This document shows, piece after piece, positions 31,120-41,202 of a stretch of 64,000 bases of DNA. The position numbers were made by a program, and so were the translations under genes. The notes beneath the pieces were generated by a model. The model had not been told where the DNA came from. It made no database searches and worked only from the letters and a program-made list of their open reading frames with translations. The DNA comes from an uncultured Gemmatimonadales bacterium (GTDB taxonomy: Bacteria > Gemmatimonadota > Gemmatimonadetes > Longimicrobiales > RSA9): positions 1,440,001 to 1,504,000 of the forward strand of contig OY970192.1 in the NCBI GenBank assembly GCA_963708135.1, read 5' to 3'. Position 1 is the stretch's first letter; each line of letters starts with the position of its first letter.

Positions 31120-31998
31120 ATGCAACTCACCGAGCTGCTCCCCCCGGAGCACCTGTTCGTCCCCCTCCAGGAAGCCACCCTGCGCCAGGCCCTCGGCCGG
31201 ATGCTGCGGGGACTCGCCGCCGAGGGCGCCGTCCGCGACGCCGAGGCCGTCGAGCAGCGGCTTCACGACGGCCCGCGCAGGACGCTCGTGCCGATCGGGG
31301 CGCGAGCCGTCCTGCCGCACTCGCGCACCGAGGCGGTCGAGCGGCTGGTGCTCGCCCTGGGAATCGCCCCGGCACCGCTCGACGGCAGCGACAGCGGCCT
31401 GGCGACGGACCCGCAGCTCGTGGCCCTCGTGCTCGCTCCATCCGAGGCCTCGTCGCTCTATCTCCAGACGGTGGCCACCCTGGCCCGCCTCCTCCGGGAC
31501 GCCGCCCTGGTCGAGCGCCTGCTCGCCGCACGCTCGCCCGAGGAGGTCCTGGCGATCGCGGAGATCCGCGACGCGCCGATCCAGGCGAGGCTCACCGTCC
31601 GCGATGTGCAGGGGCGGCGCCAGAGCGTCGGCCCCCTCACCCCCGTCCGCGAGGCCATCTCGCTCATGGTCCGTCTGGGCGTCAAGGCCGTTCCTGTCGT
31701 CGGCGAGAAGGACGAGGTCCTCGGCATCGTCACCGAGTGGGACATCATGCGCGCCCTGCTGCCGCACGTCCCCCGGACGGCCGACGCCGAGGACGGCGGG
31801 TTCCGCATCCCGGCCGATCTCTACGTGCGCGATATCATGACCCGGTCCGTCCTGTGCATCTCCGAGGACATGGGGCTCGATGAGGTCGCGAACATGATGA
31901 TCAACAAGGACGTCGAGCAGTTCCCCGTCGTCCGCGAAGGCAAGCTCGCCGGCTTTCTCAGCCGCGGCGAGATCATCCGCAAACTCTTCGGACATTGA
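31120..31998 (+). CDS. PTS EIIA-2 (Ntr/Fru type) domain fused to a CBS pair
   Basis: N-half has IGARAVLPHSR (EIIA phospho-His motif); C-half has two CBS repeats (VPVVG..GIVTEWDI, FPVV..GFLSRGEI). Confidence 0.8.
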   Translation: MQLTELLPPEHLFVPLQEATLRQALGRMLRGLAAEGAVRDAEAVEQRLHDGPRRTLVPIGARAVLPHSRTEAVERLVLALGIAPAPLDGSDSGLATDPQLVALVLAPSEASSLYLQTVATLARLLRDAALVERLLAARSPEEVLAIAEIRDAPIQARLTVRDVQGRRQSVGPLTPVREAISLMVRLGVKAVPVVGEKDEVLGIVTEWDIMRALLPHVPRTADAEDGGFRIPADLYVRDIMTRSVLCISEDMGLDEVANMMINKDVEQFPVVREGKLAGFLSRGEIIRKLFGH

Positions 31999-32006
31999 CG
32001 AACCCC

Positions 32007-32432
32007 ATGGAACAGACGCTGGCCATCATCAAGCCCGACGCCGTCGGCCGCGGGCTCGCCGGACAGATCCTCGCCCTCCTCGAGGAGAAGGGCTTCCGCA
32101 TCCGCGCCCTGCGCATGCTGCGCATGAGCGAGCCGCAGGCCCGCGAATTCTACGCGGTGCACCGGGATCGTCCCTTCTACGACTCGCTGGTCCGGTTCAT
32201 GACCTCCGGCCCGGTCATTCCCGTGATCCTCGAGCGGGAGGGCGCGGTGACCCGGCTTCGGGAGGTCATCGGGGCCACGGATCCCGCGGAGGCCGCGCAT
32301 GGCACCGTGCGGCAGCGCTTTGCGGAATCGAAGGAGCGCAACGCGATCCATGCATCCGATGCGGTCGAGACGGCGGCACGCGAAACGCGTTTCTTCTTCT
32401 CGGAAGCGGACGTTCTGGGGACGCGGGGCTAG
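32007..32432 (+). CDS. ndk: Nucleoside diphosphate kinase
   Basis: TLAIIKPDAV, FYAVH, NAIHASD. Confidence 0.97.
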   Translation: MEQTLAIIKPDAVGRGLAGQILALLEEKGFRIRALRMLRMSEPQAREFYAVHRDRPFYDSLVRFMTSGPVIPVILEREGAVTRLREVIGATDPAEAAHGTVRQRFAESKERNAIHASDAVETAARETRFFFSEADVLGTRG

Positions 32433-32454
32433 GGAGTCGGGGCCGTTCGCTTGG

Positions 32455-32483
32455 TTGACACGTCCAGGGGTTTCGAGCATCTT
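32455..32483 (+). promoter_or_regulatory. Sigma70 promoter of yceD-rpmF-fab operon
   Basis: TTGACA-N17-CATCTT, 8 nt before ATG. Confidence 0.55.
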
Positions 32484-32491
32484 ACACAGCT

Positions 32492-33001
32492 ATGCTGCAA
32501 GTCGATCTGGGCTGTCTCGAGCGGCAGCGGCACGTGCGACTCGAGGCCGAGGTGGCCGCGGGCGATCCCCTCTGGAGCGATAGTGGACTGACGCTGGACG
32601 GACCGCTGTCCGTGCGCCTCGATCTGCAGCAGGCGGGGCCGGACGTGGTGGTGCGGGGGGAGGCGAGCGGCCGGGTGCGGGCGAGCTGCCGGCGCTGCCT
32701 GGCGGCGGTGAGGGTGGCTGTGGAGACGGAGATCTCGGCGCTGTACCGGGCCGGTGTGGATTCGGTGGAGGCGGAGGCGGAGGAGGTGTATCCGCTCCCG
32801 GCGCGGGCGCAGGTGGTGGACCTGGGGCCGGCGATCCGGGAGCAGGTAGTGCTGGCGGCGCCGTCGTACGTGGTGTGCCGGGAGGAGTGCCGTGGGCTGT
32901 GCCCGCGGTGTGGGACCGATCTGAACGAGGGGACGTGCGAGTGCGAGGTGGCGGACGCCGAGGAGCGGTGGGCGCCGCTGCGCAAGCTGAAGTTCGATTG
33001 A
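32492..33001 (+). CDS. yceD: DUF177/YceD family protein
   Basis: CRRCL, CREECRGLCPRCG..CEC, RWAPL; directly before rpmF. Confidence 0.9.
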   Translation: MLQVDLGCLERQRHVRLEAEVAAGDPLWSDSGLTLDGPLSVRLDLQQAGPDVVVRGEASGRVRASCRRCLAAVRVAVETEISALYRAGVDSVEAEAEEVYPLPARAQVVDLGPAIREQVVLAAPSYVVCREECRGLCPRCGTDLNEGTCECEVADAEERWAPLRKLKFD

Positions 33002-33011
33002 GGAGGAAACA

Positions 33012-33197
33012 ATGGCGGTACCGAAGAGGCGGGTCTCGAAGCAGCGCAAGCACAAGCGTCGGGGCCACCACAAGGCGGAGGCGGCGACGCTCGTGCGCTG
33101 CCCGAAGTGCGGGGACCCGAAGGTGCCGCACCGCGTTTGCCGGACGTGCGGAACGTACGCGGGCCAGCAGGTTCTGACGATCGAAGAAGAGCTCTAG
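33012..33197 (+). CDS. rpmF: 50S ribosomal protein L32 (Zn-binding form)
   Basis: MAVPKRRVSK, CPKC..HRVCRTCG. Confidence 0.97.
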   Translation: MAVPKRRVSKQRKHKRRGHHKAEAATLVRCPKCGDPKVPHRVCRTCGTYAGQQVLTIEEEL

Positions 33198-33211
33198 TAC
33201 CGGAGGCCGTC

Positions 33212-34234
33212 GTGCGCATCGCGCTGGACGCCATGGGAACGGACCGACACCCTGAGGTGGAGGTACAGGGTGCCGTTCAGGCGTTGCGCGAGCTTCCGGG
33301 GGAGTTCACGCTGCTGCTGGTCGGGGACCGCGGCGCGATCGAGGCGGAGCTGGCGCGCTGCGGCGAGTTCCCGGCCGGGCGGCTGGAGATCGTGCACGCG
33401 GACCAGAAGATCGCGCCGGGGGAAGGCCCGGCGACGGCGGTGCGGCGCAAGCCGCAGTCCTCGATCGTGATCGGGCTCAGGCTGCAGCAGGATGGCAACG
33501 CGGACGCGTTCGTCAGCGCGGGATCGACGGGGGCGGTGATGGCGGCGTCGCTGTTCATCCTGCGGCCGCTGCCGGGGGTGGACCGGCCGGCGATCGCGAC
33601 GGTGCTGCCGACCAGCGCGGAGCCGGTGGTGATGCTGGACGCCGGGGCGAACGTGGACAGCAAGCCGCAGCAGCTGCTGCAGTTCGCCTATCTCGGCTCG
33701 ATCTACGCGCACGATGTGCTGCAGCGGCCGAACCCACGCGTCGGGCTGCTCAACATCGGCGAGGAGCCGGAGAAGGGGAACGAGCTGTCGCTGGAGGCGC
33801 ACCGGCTGCTGCGCGAGAGCGACCTGAACTTCGTGGGCAATGTCGAGGGCCGCGACATCATCCGCAGCGTCTGCGACGTGGTGGTGACGGATGGGTTCGT
33901 GGGCAACGTGCTGCTGAAGTTCTACGAGTCGGTGGCGGGCTTCGTCTACGGTCTGCTGGTACGGGAGTTCCGGGGCGACGGGGAGGCCGAGGTGCACCGG
34001 CAGAACATCTGCAACGCGCTGGATTACACGGAATACGGCGGCGCGCCGCTTCTGGGCGTGAACGGGATCTCCATCATCTGCCACGGCGGCTCGCCGCCGC
34101 ACGCGATCCGGAACGCGATCCGGGTGGCGGTCCAGGCGGTGCAGACGCGCATGGTGGGTCATATCCGGGAGCGGCTCGGCGGGGAAGGGGAGGAGAGCGC
34201 CGGGCGCGCGCACCGGCTCGCGGAGGGCGCATGA
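33212..34234 (+). CDS. plsX: Phosphate acyltransferase
   Basis: IALDAMG, SAGSTGA, RPAI, LLNIGEE..KG, DGFVGN. Confidence 0.95.
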   Translation: MRIALDAMGTDRHPEVEVQGAVQALRELPGEFTLLLVGDRGAIEAELARCGEFPAGRLEIVHADQKIAPGEGPATAVRRKPQSSIVIGLRLQQDGNADAFVSAGSTGAVMAASLFILRPLPGVDRPAIATVLPTSAEPVVMLDAGANVDSKPQQLLQFAYLGSIYAHDVLQRPNPRVGLLNIGEEPEKGNELSLEAHRLLRESDLNFVGNVEGRDIIRSVCDVVVTDGFVGNVLLKFYESVAGFVYGLLVREFRGDGEAEVHRQNICNALDYTEYGGAPLLGVNGISIICHGGSPPHAIRNAIRVAVQAVQTRMVGHIRERLGGEGEESAGRAHRLAEGA

Positions 34235-35223
34235 AGCAACCGAAGCCGATCGTCGAGATCGCTGCCACCGGCCGGTACCTGCCGGACCGGGTGGTGACGA
34301 ACAGCGAGCTCGAGACGATGATGGACACGTCCGACGAGTGGATCCGGGAACGGACCGGGATCCGCGAGCGGCGGATCGCGCCGGCCGACGTGGGAGCGGC
34401 GGAGCTCGGGGCGGAGGCGGCCAAGGTCGCGATGTGCCGCGCGGGCGTGCAGGCGGGCGAGATCGACCTGATCGTGGTATCCACGGCGACGCCGGACCGG
34501 CTGCTGCCTTCGACGGCGTGCGACATCCAGGCGCTGCTGGGGGCGACGAACGCGGCTGCGTTCGACATCTCGGCGGCGTGCTCCGGCTTCATCTACGCGC
34601 TGGGTGTGGCGGAGGGTCACCTGGCGGCGAACCGGGGCGAGGTCGCGCTGGTCATTTCGGCGGAGAAGATGACGGGGATCGTGGACTGGAGCGACCGGTC
34701 CACGGCGGTGCTGTTCGGGGATGGCGCGGGCGCGGCGGTGGTGCGGCGGTCCACCGGCGGGCGGGGCATTCTGTCCAGCTACATCCGCTCGGACGGTACG
34801 CTGGCGGAGCTGCTCTGGCGGCCGGCGGGTGGGGTCAAGATCCCGATGGACTACGCGGTGCTCGACGAGCGCTCGCACCTCGTGAAGATGGCGGGGCGCG
34901 AGGTGTTCAAGGCGGCGGTGCGCTCGATGGCGGATGCGGCGGACCAGGCGCTGCTGCGGGCCGGGCTGACGGGCGAGGACATCGACATCTTCATCCCGCA
35001 CCAGGCCAACATCCGGATCATCGAGGCTACCGCCCGTTACGCCAAGGTCCCGATGGAGAAGGTCTTCGTCAACGTGGACCGTTACGGCAACATGAGCTCG
35101 GCCACGATCCCGGTGGCGCTCGACGAGGCGCTGGAGCAGGGACGGATCAAGCCGGGCGACAACATCCTCATGGCCGCCTTCGGGGCCGGCTTCACGTGGG
35201 CGTCGGCGGTGATCCGTTGGTAG
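34231..35223 (+). CDS. fabH: 3-oxoacyl-ACP synthase III
   Basis: AACSGF, PHQAN, GNMSSA triad. Confidence 0.96.
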   Translation: MKQPKPIVEIAATGRYLPDRVVTNSELETMMDTSDEWIRERTGIRERRIAPADVGAAELGAEAAKVAMCRAGVQAGEIDLIVVSTATPDRLLPSTACDIQALLGATNAAAFDISAACSGFIYALGVAEGHLAANRGEVALVISAEKMTGIVDWSDRSTAVLFGDGAGAAVVRRSTGGRGILSSYIRSDGTLAELLWRPAGGVKIPMDYAVLDERSHLVKMAGREVFKAAVRSMADAADQALLRAGLTGEDIDIFIPHQANIRIIEATARYAKVPMEKVFVNVDRYGNMSSATIPVALDEALEQGRIKPGDNILMAAFGAGFTWASAVIRW

Positions 35224-36140
35224 CGCTGCTGTTCCCGGGGCAGGGCTCGCAGCAGGTCGGCATGGGGCGCGACCTGGCCGAGCGCTACCCTGCCGCGCGC
35301 GAGACCTTCGAGGCCGCGGACGCGGCGCTGGGCGTGCCGCTCTCGCGGATCGCATGGGAGGGGCCGGAGGAGGAGCTGACGGCCACGCACAACGCGCAGC
35401 CCGCGATCCTGACCCATTCGGTCGCGGTCTACCGCGTGATCGCCGAGGCGCTGGGGGCCGTTCGCTACGCGGCAGGGCACTCGCTGGGCGAGTTCAGCGC
35501 GTACGCCGCGGCGGGCGCCCTCGACTTCGGGGACGCCGTGCGGACCGTGCGCCGGCGCGGGGAGCTCATGTACCGCGCCGGACGGGAGCGGCCCGGAACG
35601 ATGGCGGCGATCCTCGGCCTGGATGACGAGGCGGTGGAGCGGGCGTGCGTCGCGGCCACCGGCGACGGGGGCGAGTGCGTGGCGGCGAACTACAACGCGC
35701 CGTCGCAGGTCGTGATCAGCGGGGACGTGGCCGCGGTCGAGCGAGCCATGGTCCTGGCCCGGGAGGCGGGGGCGAAGCGGGCGGTCCGGCTGAACGTGTC
35801 GGGTGCCTTCCACTCGCCGCTGATGGAGCCGGCACGCGCGGGACTGGCGGATCAGCTCGCACGCGTGGAGATGAACGCCCCGGCCTTTGCCGTGGTGTCC
35901 AACGTGAGCGGTCGGCCGGTGGAGACGGTGGAGGCGGCCAAGCCGCTGCTGGTGGAGCAGCTCACCTCTCCGGTCCGCTGGACGCAGAGCATGCGGCTGC
36001 TGGTGGATGCGGGCGTGCAGCGCTTCCTCGAGGTCGGGCCCGGGGCGGTGCTGGCGGGGCTGCTGAAGCGGGTTTCGCGGGACGTGGAGGCGCGCAGCAT
36101 CGGAACGGCGGAACAGGTCTCGGAGTTCCTGGGGCGGTGA
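35217..36140 (+). CDS. fabD: Malonyl-CoA:ACP transacylase
   Basis: [20 protein letters not shown]; probable TTG start overlapping fabH end. Confidence 0.94.
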   Translation: MVALLFPGQGSQQVGMGRDLAERYPAARETFEAADAALGVPLSRIAWEGPEEELTATHNAQPAILTHSVAVYRVIAEALGAVRYAAGHSLGEFSAYAAAGALDFGDAVRTVRRRGELMYRAGRERPGTMAAILGLDDEAVERACVAATGDGGECVAANYNAPSQVVISGDVAAVERAMVLAREAGAKRAVRLNVSGAFHSPLMEPARAGLADQLARVEMNAPAFAVVSNVSGRPVETVEAAKPLLVEQLTSPVRWTQSMRLLVDAGVQRFLEVGPGAVLAGLLKRVSRDVEARSIGTAEQVSEFLGR

Positions 36141-36901
36141 TGACGAACGGGAACACGGCGGTGGGCGAGCTGTCGGGACAGGTTGCGCTGGTGACGGGCG
36201 GCAGCCGGGGCATCGGCCGCGCGGTCGCGGCGGAGCTCGCGCGTGCGGGCGCACGGGTTGCGCTGAGCGCGCGCGCCGCGGCGCGCGCGGCGGCGGCGGC
36301 GGCGGAACTGCCCGGGAGCGGGCATGCCGGGTACGCCGCGGACGTGGCGGATGCGGCGGCGGTGGAGGCGCTCGTCGAGCGGGTGGAGGCGGAGCAGGGG
36401 CCGGTGGCGATCCTCGTCAACAACGCGGGGATCACCGAGGATGGCCTGCTCGTGCGGCTGAGCGAGGAGGCGTGGGACCGGGTCCTCGACACGAACCTGA
36501 AGGGCGCGTTCCACATGATCAGGGCGGTGGCGCGCGGGATGATGCGGCGGCGGTCGGGCCGGATCGTGAACATCACGAGCGTGGTCGGGCTCGTGGGCAA
36601 CAAGGGGCAGGCGAACTACGCCGCCTCGAAGGCGGGGCTGTTGGGGCTGACGAAGTCGGTCGCCAGGGAGCTGGCCTCGCGCGGGATCCTGTGCAACGCG
36701 GTCGCTCCCGGCTATATCGAGACGGAGATGACCGCCGGGCTGGGCGAGCAGGCGAAGGAGGCGCTGGCGGCGCAGATCGCCGTAGGGCGTCTCGGCACGC
36801 CGGACGACGTCGCCGGGGTGGTACGGTTCCTGGTCGGGCCGGCCGGGAGCTACATCACGGGCCAGACGATCGTCGTGGACGGCGGCATGGTCATGCAGTA
36901 A
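36140..36901 (+). CDS. fabG: 3-oxoacyl-ACP reductase
   Basis: [17 protein letters not shown]. Confidence 0.95.
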   Translation: MTNGNTAVGELSGQVALVTGGSRGIGRAVAAELARAGARVALSARAAARAAAAAAELPGSGHAGYAADVADAAAVEALVERVEAEQGPVAILVNNAGITEDGLLVRLSEEAWDRVLDTNLKGAFHMIRAVARGMMRRRSGRIVNITSVVGLVGNKGQANYAASKAGLLGLTKSVARELASRGILCNAVAPGYIETEMTAGLGEQAKEALAAQIAVGRLGTPDDVAGVVRFLVGPAGSYITGQTIVVDGGMVMQ

Positions 36902-36924
36902 CACCCCCAAACCGTGAGGAAACG

Positions 36925-37167
36925 ATGGCGGAGAACACCGAGGCGAAGGTCAAGGAGATCATCATCAACGAGCTGGGCGTGGAGCCGGAGAAGGTGACGC
37001 CGGAGGCCTCGTTCGTGGAGGATCTCGGGGCCGACTCGCTGGACACCGTCGAGCTGGTGATGGCGTTCGAGGAAGAGTTCGGGATCGAGATCCCGGACGA
37101 GGATGCGGAGAAGCTCCAGACGGTGGGTGATGCAATCACCTACCTGAAGGAGAAGGGGGTCGCCTGA
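36925..37167 (+). CDS. acpP: Acyl carrier protein
   Basis: [18 protein letters not shown]. Confidence 0.97.
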   Translation: MAENTEAKVKEIIINELGVEPEKVTPEASFVEDLGADSLDTVELVMAFEEEFGIEIPDEDAEKLQTVGDAITYLKEKGVA

Positions 37168-37204
37168 GCCCGTGTGCCCGCAGTCGGCAGAACGGGAGGA
37201 TGCG

Positions 37205-38476
37205 ATGACCATGCGTACCCCGCAGCAGCACCGGGTCGTGATCACCGGCGTGGGGCTCGTCACGCCGGTCGGGAACGATGTCGAGAGCGCGTGGAGCGCG
37301 CTCCTGGCGGGAGTGAGCGGCGCCGGGCCGATCACGCAGTTCGATGCCACGCCGGACTTCGACGTGCGCTTCGCCTGCGAGGTCAAGGGCTTCGATCCGG
37401 AGCAGTACCTGGAGAAGAAGGAAGCCCGGCGGATGGACCGGTTCGCGCAATTCGCGATGGCCACGTCGCAGCAGGCGATGCGGTGCGCCGGCCTGGAGGA
37501 CACGCTGGACGGCGTGGACCGCAACCGCTTCGGCGTGGTGATCGGTAGCGGCATCGGCGGGATCGCCACGTTCGAGGAGCAGGCGCGCACGATGTTCGAG
37601 CGCGGGCCGAAGCGGATCAGTCCGTTCTTCGTGCCGATGTTCATCCCGGACATCGCGGCCGGCCACGTGTCGATGCGGTACGGCGCGCGGGGGCCGAACC
37701 TGGCCACGGTCTCGGCATGCGCATCGAGCGCGCACGCCGTGGGCATCGCGTTCCGGCTGGTTCAGCGAGGCGAGGCCGACCTCATGCTGGCGGGCGGGGC
37801 CGAGGCGACGGTCACGCCGATGACGATCGCCGGCTTCGCGAACATGAAGGCCCTCTCGACCCGTAACGACTCGCCGGAGACGGCGAGCCGTCCGTTCGAC
37901 GCCACGCGCGACGGCTTCGTGCTGGGCGAGGGCTCGGGCGTGCTGGTGCTCGAGTCGCTGGAGCACGCCCGCCGGCGCGGCGCGCCGATCGTGGCGGAAG
38001 TGGTGGGGTTCGGGCAGAGCGCCGATGCGTACCACCTGACGGCGCCCGCGCCCGAGGGGGTGGGCGCGCAGCTCGCCATGAGGGCGGCCCTGGCGGATGC
38101 GGGGCTGGCGCCGGAAGATGTAGACTACATCAACGCGCACGGCACCTCCACGCCGATGAACGACCTGAACGAGACGCTGGCGGTGAAGGCGGCGTTCGGG
38201 GATGCCGCGCGCCGGCTCGTCGTGGGCTCGACCAAGTCGATGACGGGGCACCTGCTGGGCGCCGCCGGCGGTGTGGAGGCGGTGATCTGCGCGCTGGCGA
38301 TCCGGGACGGCAGGATCCCACCGACCATCAACTTCAGCACGCCGGACCCCGCGTGCGATCTCGACTACGCGCACGGCGGGGTGGTGGAGCGGGACGTCGA
38401 GGTAGCGCTGTCGAACTCATTCGGCTTCGGCGGCCACAACGTCTGTCTGGCGATCCGGCGCTACGTAGCCGGCTGA
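37205..38476 (+). CDS. fabF: 3-oxoacyl-ACP synthase II
   Basis: SACASS, NAHGTST, GHLLGA, SNSFGFGGHN. Confidence 0.96.
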   Translation: MTMRTPQQHRVVITGVGLVTPVGNDVESAWSALLAGVSGAGPITQFDATPDFDVRFACEVKGFDPEQYLEKKEARRMDRFAQFAMATSQQAMRCAGLEDTLDGVDRNRFGVVIGSGIGGIATFEEQARTMFERGPKRISPFFVPMFIPDIAAGHVSMRYGARGPNLATVSACASSAHAVGIAFRLVQRGEADLMLAGGAEATVTPMTIAGFANMKALSTRNDSPETASRPFDATRDGFVLGEGSGVLVLESLEHARRRGAPIVAEVVGFGQSADAYHLTAPAPEGVGAQLAMRAALADAGLAPEDVDYINAHGTSTPMNDLNETLAVKAAFGDAARRLVVGSTKSMTGHLLGAAGGVEAVICALAIRDGRIPPTINFSTPDPACDLDYAHGGVVERDVEVALSNSFGFGGHNVCLAIRRYVAG

Positions 38477-38501
38477 GGGAAGACGACCCGGCAGGCAAGG
38501 C

Positions 38502-38534
38502 CGCGGCCCCGCGGGAGCTTCCCCCGGGGCCGCG
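38502..38534 (+). terminator. GC-rich hairpin after fabF (possible terminator, no U-tract)
   Basis: CGCGGCCCCG...CGGGGCCGCG 10-bp inverted repeat. Confidence 0.35.
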
Positions 38535-38625
38535 TCGCGTACCGGGGCCTGGGCGTGACGGACACGGGCGGGTGCCGGATCGCGCGGCCGTGCGGGTGCG
38601 CCCGCGCCTGAGGCCGCGCTCTTGC

Positions 38626-38655
38626 TTGCCGGGTCGAGGTGGGACGCCCTATTGT
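38626..38655 (+). promoter_or_regulatory. Putative sigma70 promoter of mqnE-mqnC
   Basis: TTGCCG-N18-TATTGT. Confidence 0.4.
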
Positions 38656-38703
38656 TCCGCGCGAAGAAGGACTCTGGACGATGAACCCTGGCCGGACGGA
38701 GCC

Positions 38704-39843
38704 ATGACACCGGCTGTTGCCGAAGAGCTTCTCGTGCAGCCGACCGATCCTCGACTCGTGCCGATCGCCGGGAAGGTTCTCGCGGGCGAGCGGCTGGACG
38801 AGGGCGACGGCGTCGCACTGTTCGAGACGAACGATCTGCTGGCGGTGGGCGCGCTGGCCGACCACGTGAACCGGGCGAAGAACGGGGATCGCGTGTTCTT
38901 CGTCGCCAACCAGCACATCAACCCGACCAACGTCTGCATCCTGCGCAACACGTGCGTGTTCTGCTCGTACGCGCGGATGCCGAAGGAGGAAGGGGCGTAC
39001 ACGATGTCGCTCGAGGAGGCGTGGGGCGAGGCCTCCCGGGTGGAAGACACGCCGATCCGCGAGTTCCACATCGTGGGCGGGCTGCACCCGAAGCTGAGGG
39101 TGGACTACTACGCCGACATGATCCGCGGGCTCAAGGAGCGGCACCCGGGCGTGGAGGTGAAGGCGCTCACCGCCGTGGAAATCGCGAACCTGGCCCGGGT
39201 GGAGCGGACGAGCTTCGAGGATGTGCTCGCGCGGCTCAAGGAGGCGGGGCTGGACACCATGCCGGGCGGTGGCGCGGAAGTGTTTTCGAGCGGCGTGCGC
39301 GCGACGATCGCGGACCGGAAGCTCGTGGCGGAAGAGTGGCTGGAGGTGCACCGGGTCGCCCACGGGCTGGGGATCCGGACCAACTGCACGATGCTCTACG
39401 GGCACGTGGAGAGCTATCGCGACCGGATCGACCATCTGGCCATGCTGAGGCGGCTGCAGGACGAGACGGGTGGGTTCCTGACCTACATCCCGTTGGCGTA
39501 CCACCCGGACAACAACGAGCTGGGAAAGACGCTGGGTCGGCAGGGCACCGCGACGACGGGAACCGACGACCTGAAGAACCTGGCCGTCGGCCGGCTGTTC
39601 CTGGACAACTTCGACCACATCAAGACCCATTGGATCATGAACACGGCCAAGGTCAGCCAGATCGCGCTGCACTTCGGCGTGGACGACCTGGAGGGCACCG
39701 TGGTGCGGGAGAAGATCTACCACGAGGCGGGTGCCCACACGCCGCAGGGTCTCACCTTCAAGGAGATCATCAGGCTGATCAGGGATGCCGGAAAGCGGCC
39801 CACGGAGCGCGACGCGCACTACAACGAGCTGCGGGAGTGGTGA
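38704..39843 (+). CDS. mqnE: Aminofutalosine synthase (CofH-family radical SAM)
   Basis: HINPTNVC, HIVGGLHP, MPGGGAE, TMLYGHVE, DNFDHIK, EKIYHEAG. Confidence 0.88.
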   Translation: MTPAVAEELLVQPTDPRLVPIAGKVLAGERLDEGDGVALFETNDLLAVGALADHVNRAKNGDRVFFVANQHINPTNVCILRNTCVFCSYARMPKEEGAYTMSLEEAWGEASRVEDTPIREFHIVGGLHPKLRVDYYADMIRGLKERHPGVEVKALTAVEIANLARVERTSFEDVLARLKEAGLDTMPGGGAEVFSSGVRATIADRKLVAEEWLEVHRVAHGLGIRTNCTMLYGHVESYRDRIDHLAMLRRLQDETGGFLTYIPLAYHPDNNELGKTLGRQGTATTGTDDLKNLAVGRLFLDNFDHIKTHWIMNTAKVSQIALHFGVDDLEGTVVREKIYHEAGAHTPQGLTFKEIIRLIRDAGKRPTERDAHYNELREW

Positions 39844-41099
39844 TGGCGGATCGTGCCGTAGCACCGGAACAGCGCGCGCTGCCGATTCTGCGGACGGTCT
39901 CGCCGCGCCTGCGCGAGCCGACCGCGGAAGGCGCGGTCGGGGTCGCCCGTCCCGCGCCGCAGCCCGCCTACGTGCCGCCGCCGCTGGAGGGGCGGCCGCA
40001 CGAGCAGGAGATCCGCCACTGGCTGGACGTGCTGGAGCGGACCCCGTTCCTGGAGTTGGCGGCACGGGCCGATGGCGTGCGCCGCGCGAAGCACCCGGAG
40101 GGGATCGTCAGCTACATCGTGGACCGGAACATCAACTACACCAACACCTGCATCACCGACTGCAAGTTCTGCGCGTTCTACCGGCGCCCGAAGGATGCCG
40201 AGGCATACGTGCTGAGCTACGAGGAGATCGGGGCGAAGATCGACGAGGCGAAGGCGCTCGGGGCGGTGCAGATCCTGATGCAGGGCGGCCACAATCCGTA
40301 TCTCCCCTTCGACTGGTACCTGGGGCTGCTCCGCTACATCAAGGAGGAGCACCCGATCCACGTGCATGGCTTCAGCGCGTCGGAGATCGAGCTCATGACG
40401 CGCGTGACCCGGCTGCCGCTGGACGAGGTGCTCCGGCAGCTTCACGAGGCCGGCCTGGACTCGATCCCGGGCGCGGGCGGGGAGATCCTGGTGGACGCGG
40501 TGCGGGACGTCATCGCGCCGAGGAAGATCGATTCGAGCCGCTGGCTCGAGATCCACGAGGCGGCGCACGAGGCGGGGATGCACACCACGGCGACCATGAT
40601 GTACGGGGTCGGCGAGACGTGGGCGGACCGGCTGGAGCACGTGCTCAGGGTACGCGCCTCTCAGGAGCGGAGCCTGGCGCGCGCCGGCGGCCGCTACACG
40701 GCCTTCATCGCCTGGTCGTTCCAGCCGTTGCACACCGAGATGCGGGCGTGGGATCTCGAGCTCGGCACCGGGATGGACTACCTGCGGATGACGGCGCTCG
40801 CGCGCCTGGCGCTGGACAACGTCGACAACCTCCAGGTCTCCTATGTGACGCAGGGGCCAAAGATGGCCCAGATCGCGCTGCGCATGGGCGCGAACGACTT
40901 CGGCTCGCTCATGATCGAGGAGAACGTGGTCAGCGCGGCCGGAATCGACTTCATCATGCCGGAGGGCGAGATCCGGCGGCTGATCGACGGAGCCGGCCTG
41001 GAGCCGCGCCGCCGCTACCAGGACTACACGCTGGTGGCGGAAAGCGATGAGGGCTGCCCGTGCTGCGCGCGCCGCGCGACCTTGCGGGCCAGCGCCTGA
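39843..41099 (+). CDS. mqnC: Cyclic dehypoxanthinyl futalosine synthase
   Basis: DRNINYTNTCITDCKFCAF, MQGGHNP, NDFGSLMIEENVVSAAG. Confidence 0.88.
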   Translation: MADRAVAPEQRALPILRTVSPRLREPTAEGAVGVARPAPQPAYVPPPLEGRPHEQEIRHWLDVLERTPFLELAARADGVRRAKHPEGIVSYIVDRNINYTNTCITDCKFCAFYRRPKDAEAYVLSYEEIGAKIDEAKALGAVQILMQGGHNPYLPFDWYLGLLRYIKEEHPIHVHGFSASEIELMTRVTRLPLDEVLRQLHEAGLDSIPGAGGEILVDAVRDVIAPRKIDSSRWLEIHEAAHEAGMHTTATMMYGVGETWADRLEHVLRVRASQERSLARAGGRYTAFIAWSFQPLHTEMRAWDLELGTGMDYLRMTALARLALDNVDNLQVSYVTQGPKMAQIALRMGANDFGSLMIEENVVSAAGIDFIMPEGEIRRLIDGAGLEPRRRYQDYTLVAESDEGCPCCARRATLRASA

Positions 41100-41202
41100 G
41101 CGCCCGCGTCGCCGCGCGCCCGCGGGCGGCCGCCGGCGCGACGCCCGGGGCGCGGTCGGCTCCGGGCGTCTTGACGATGGAGGGCGCGCCAGGGAGGCGG
41201 CC

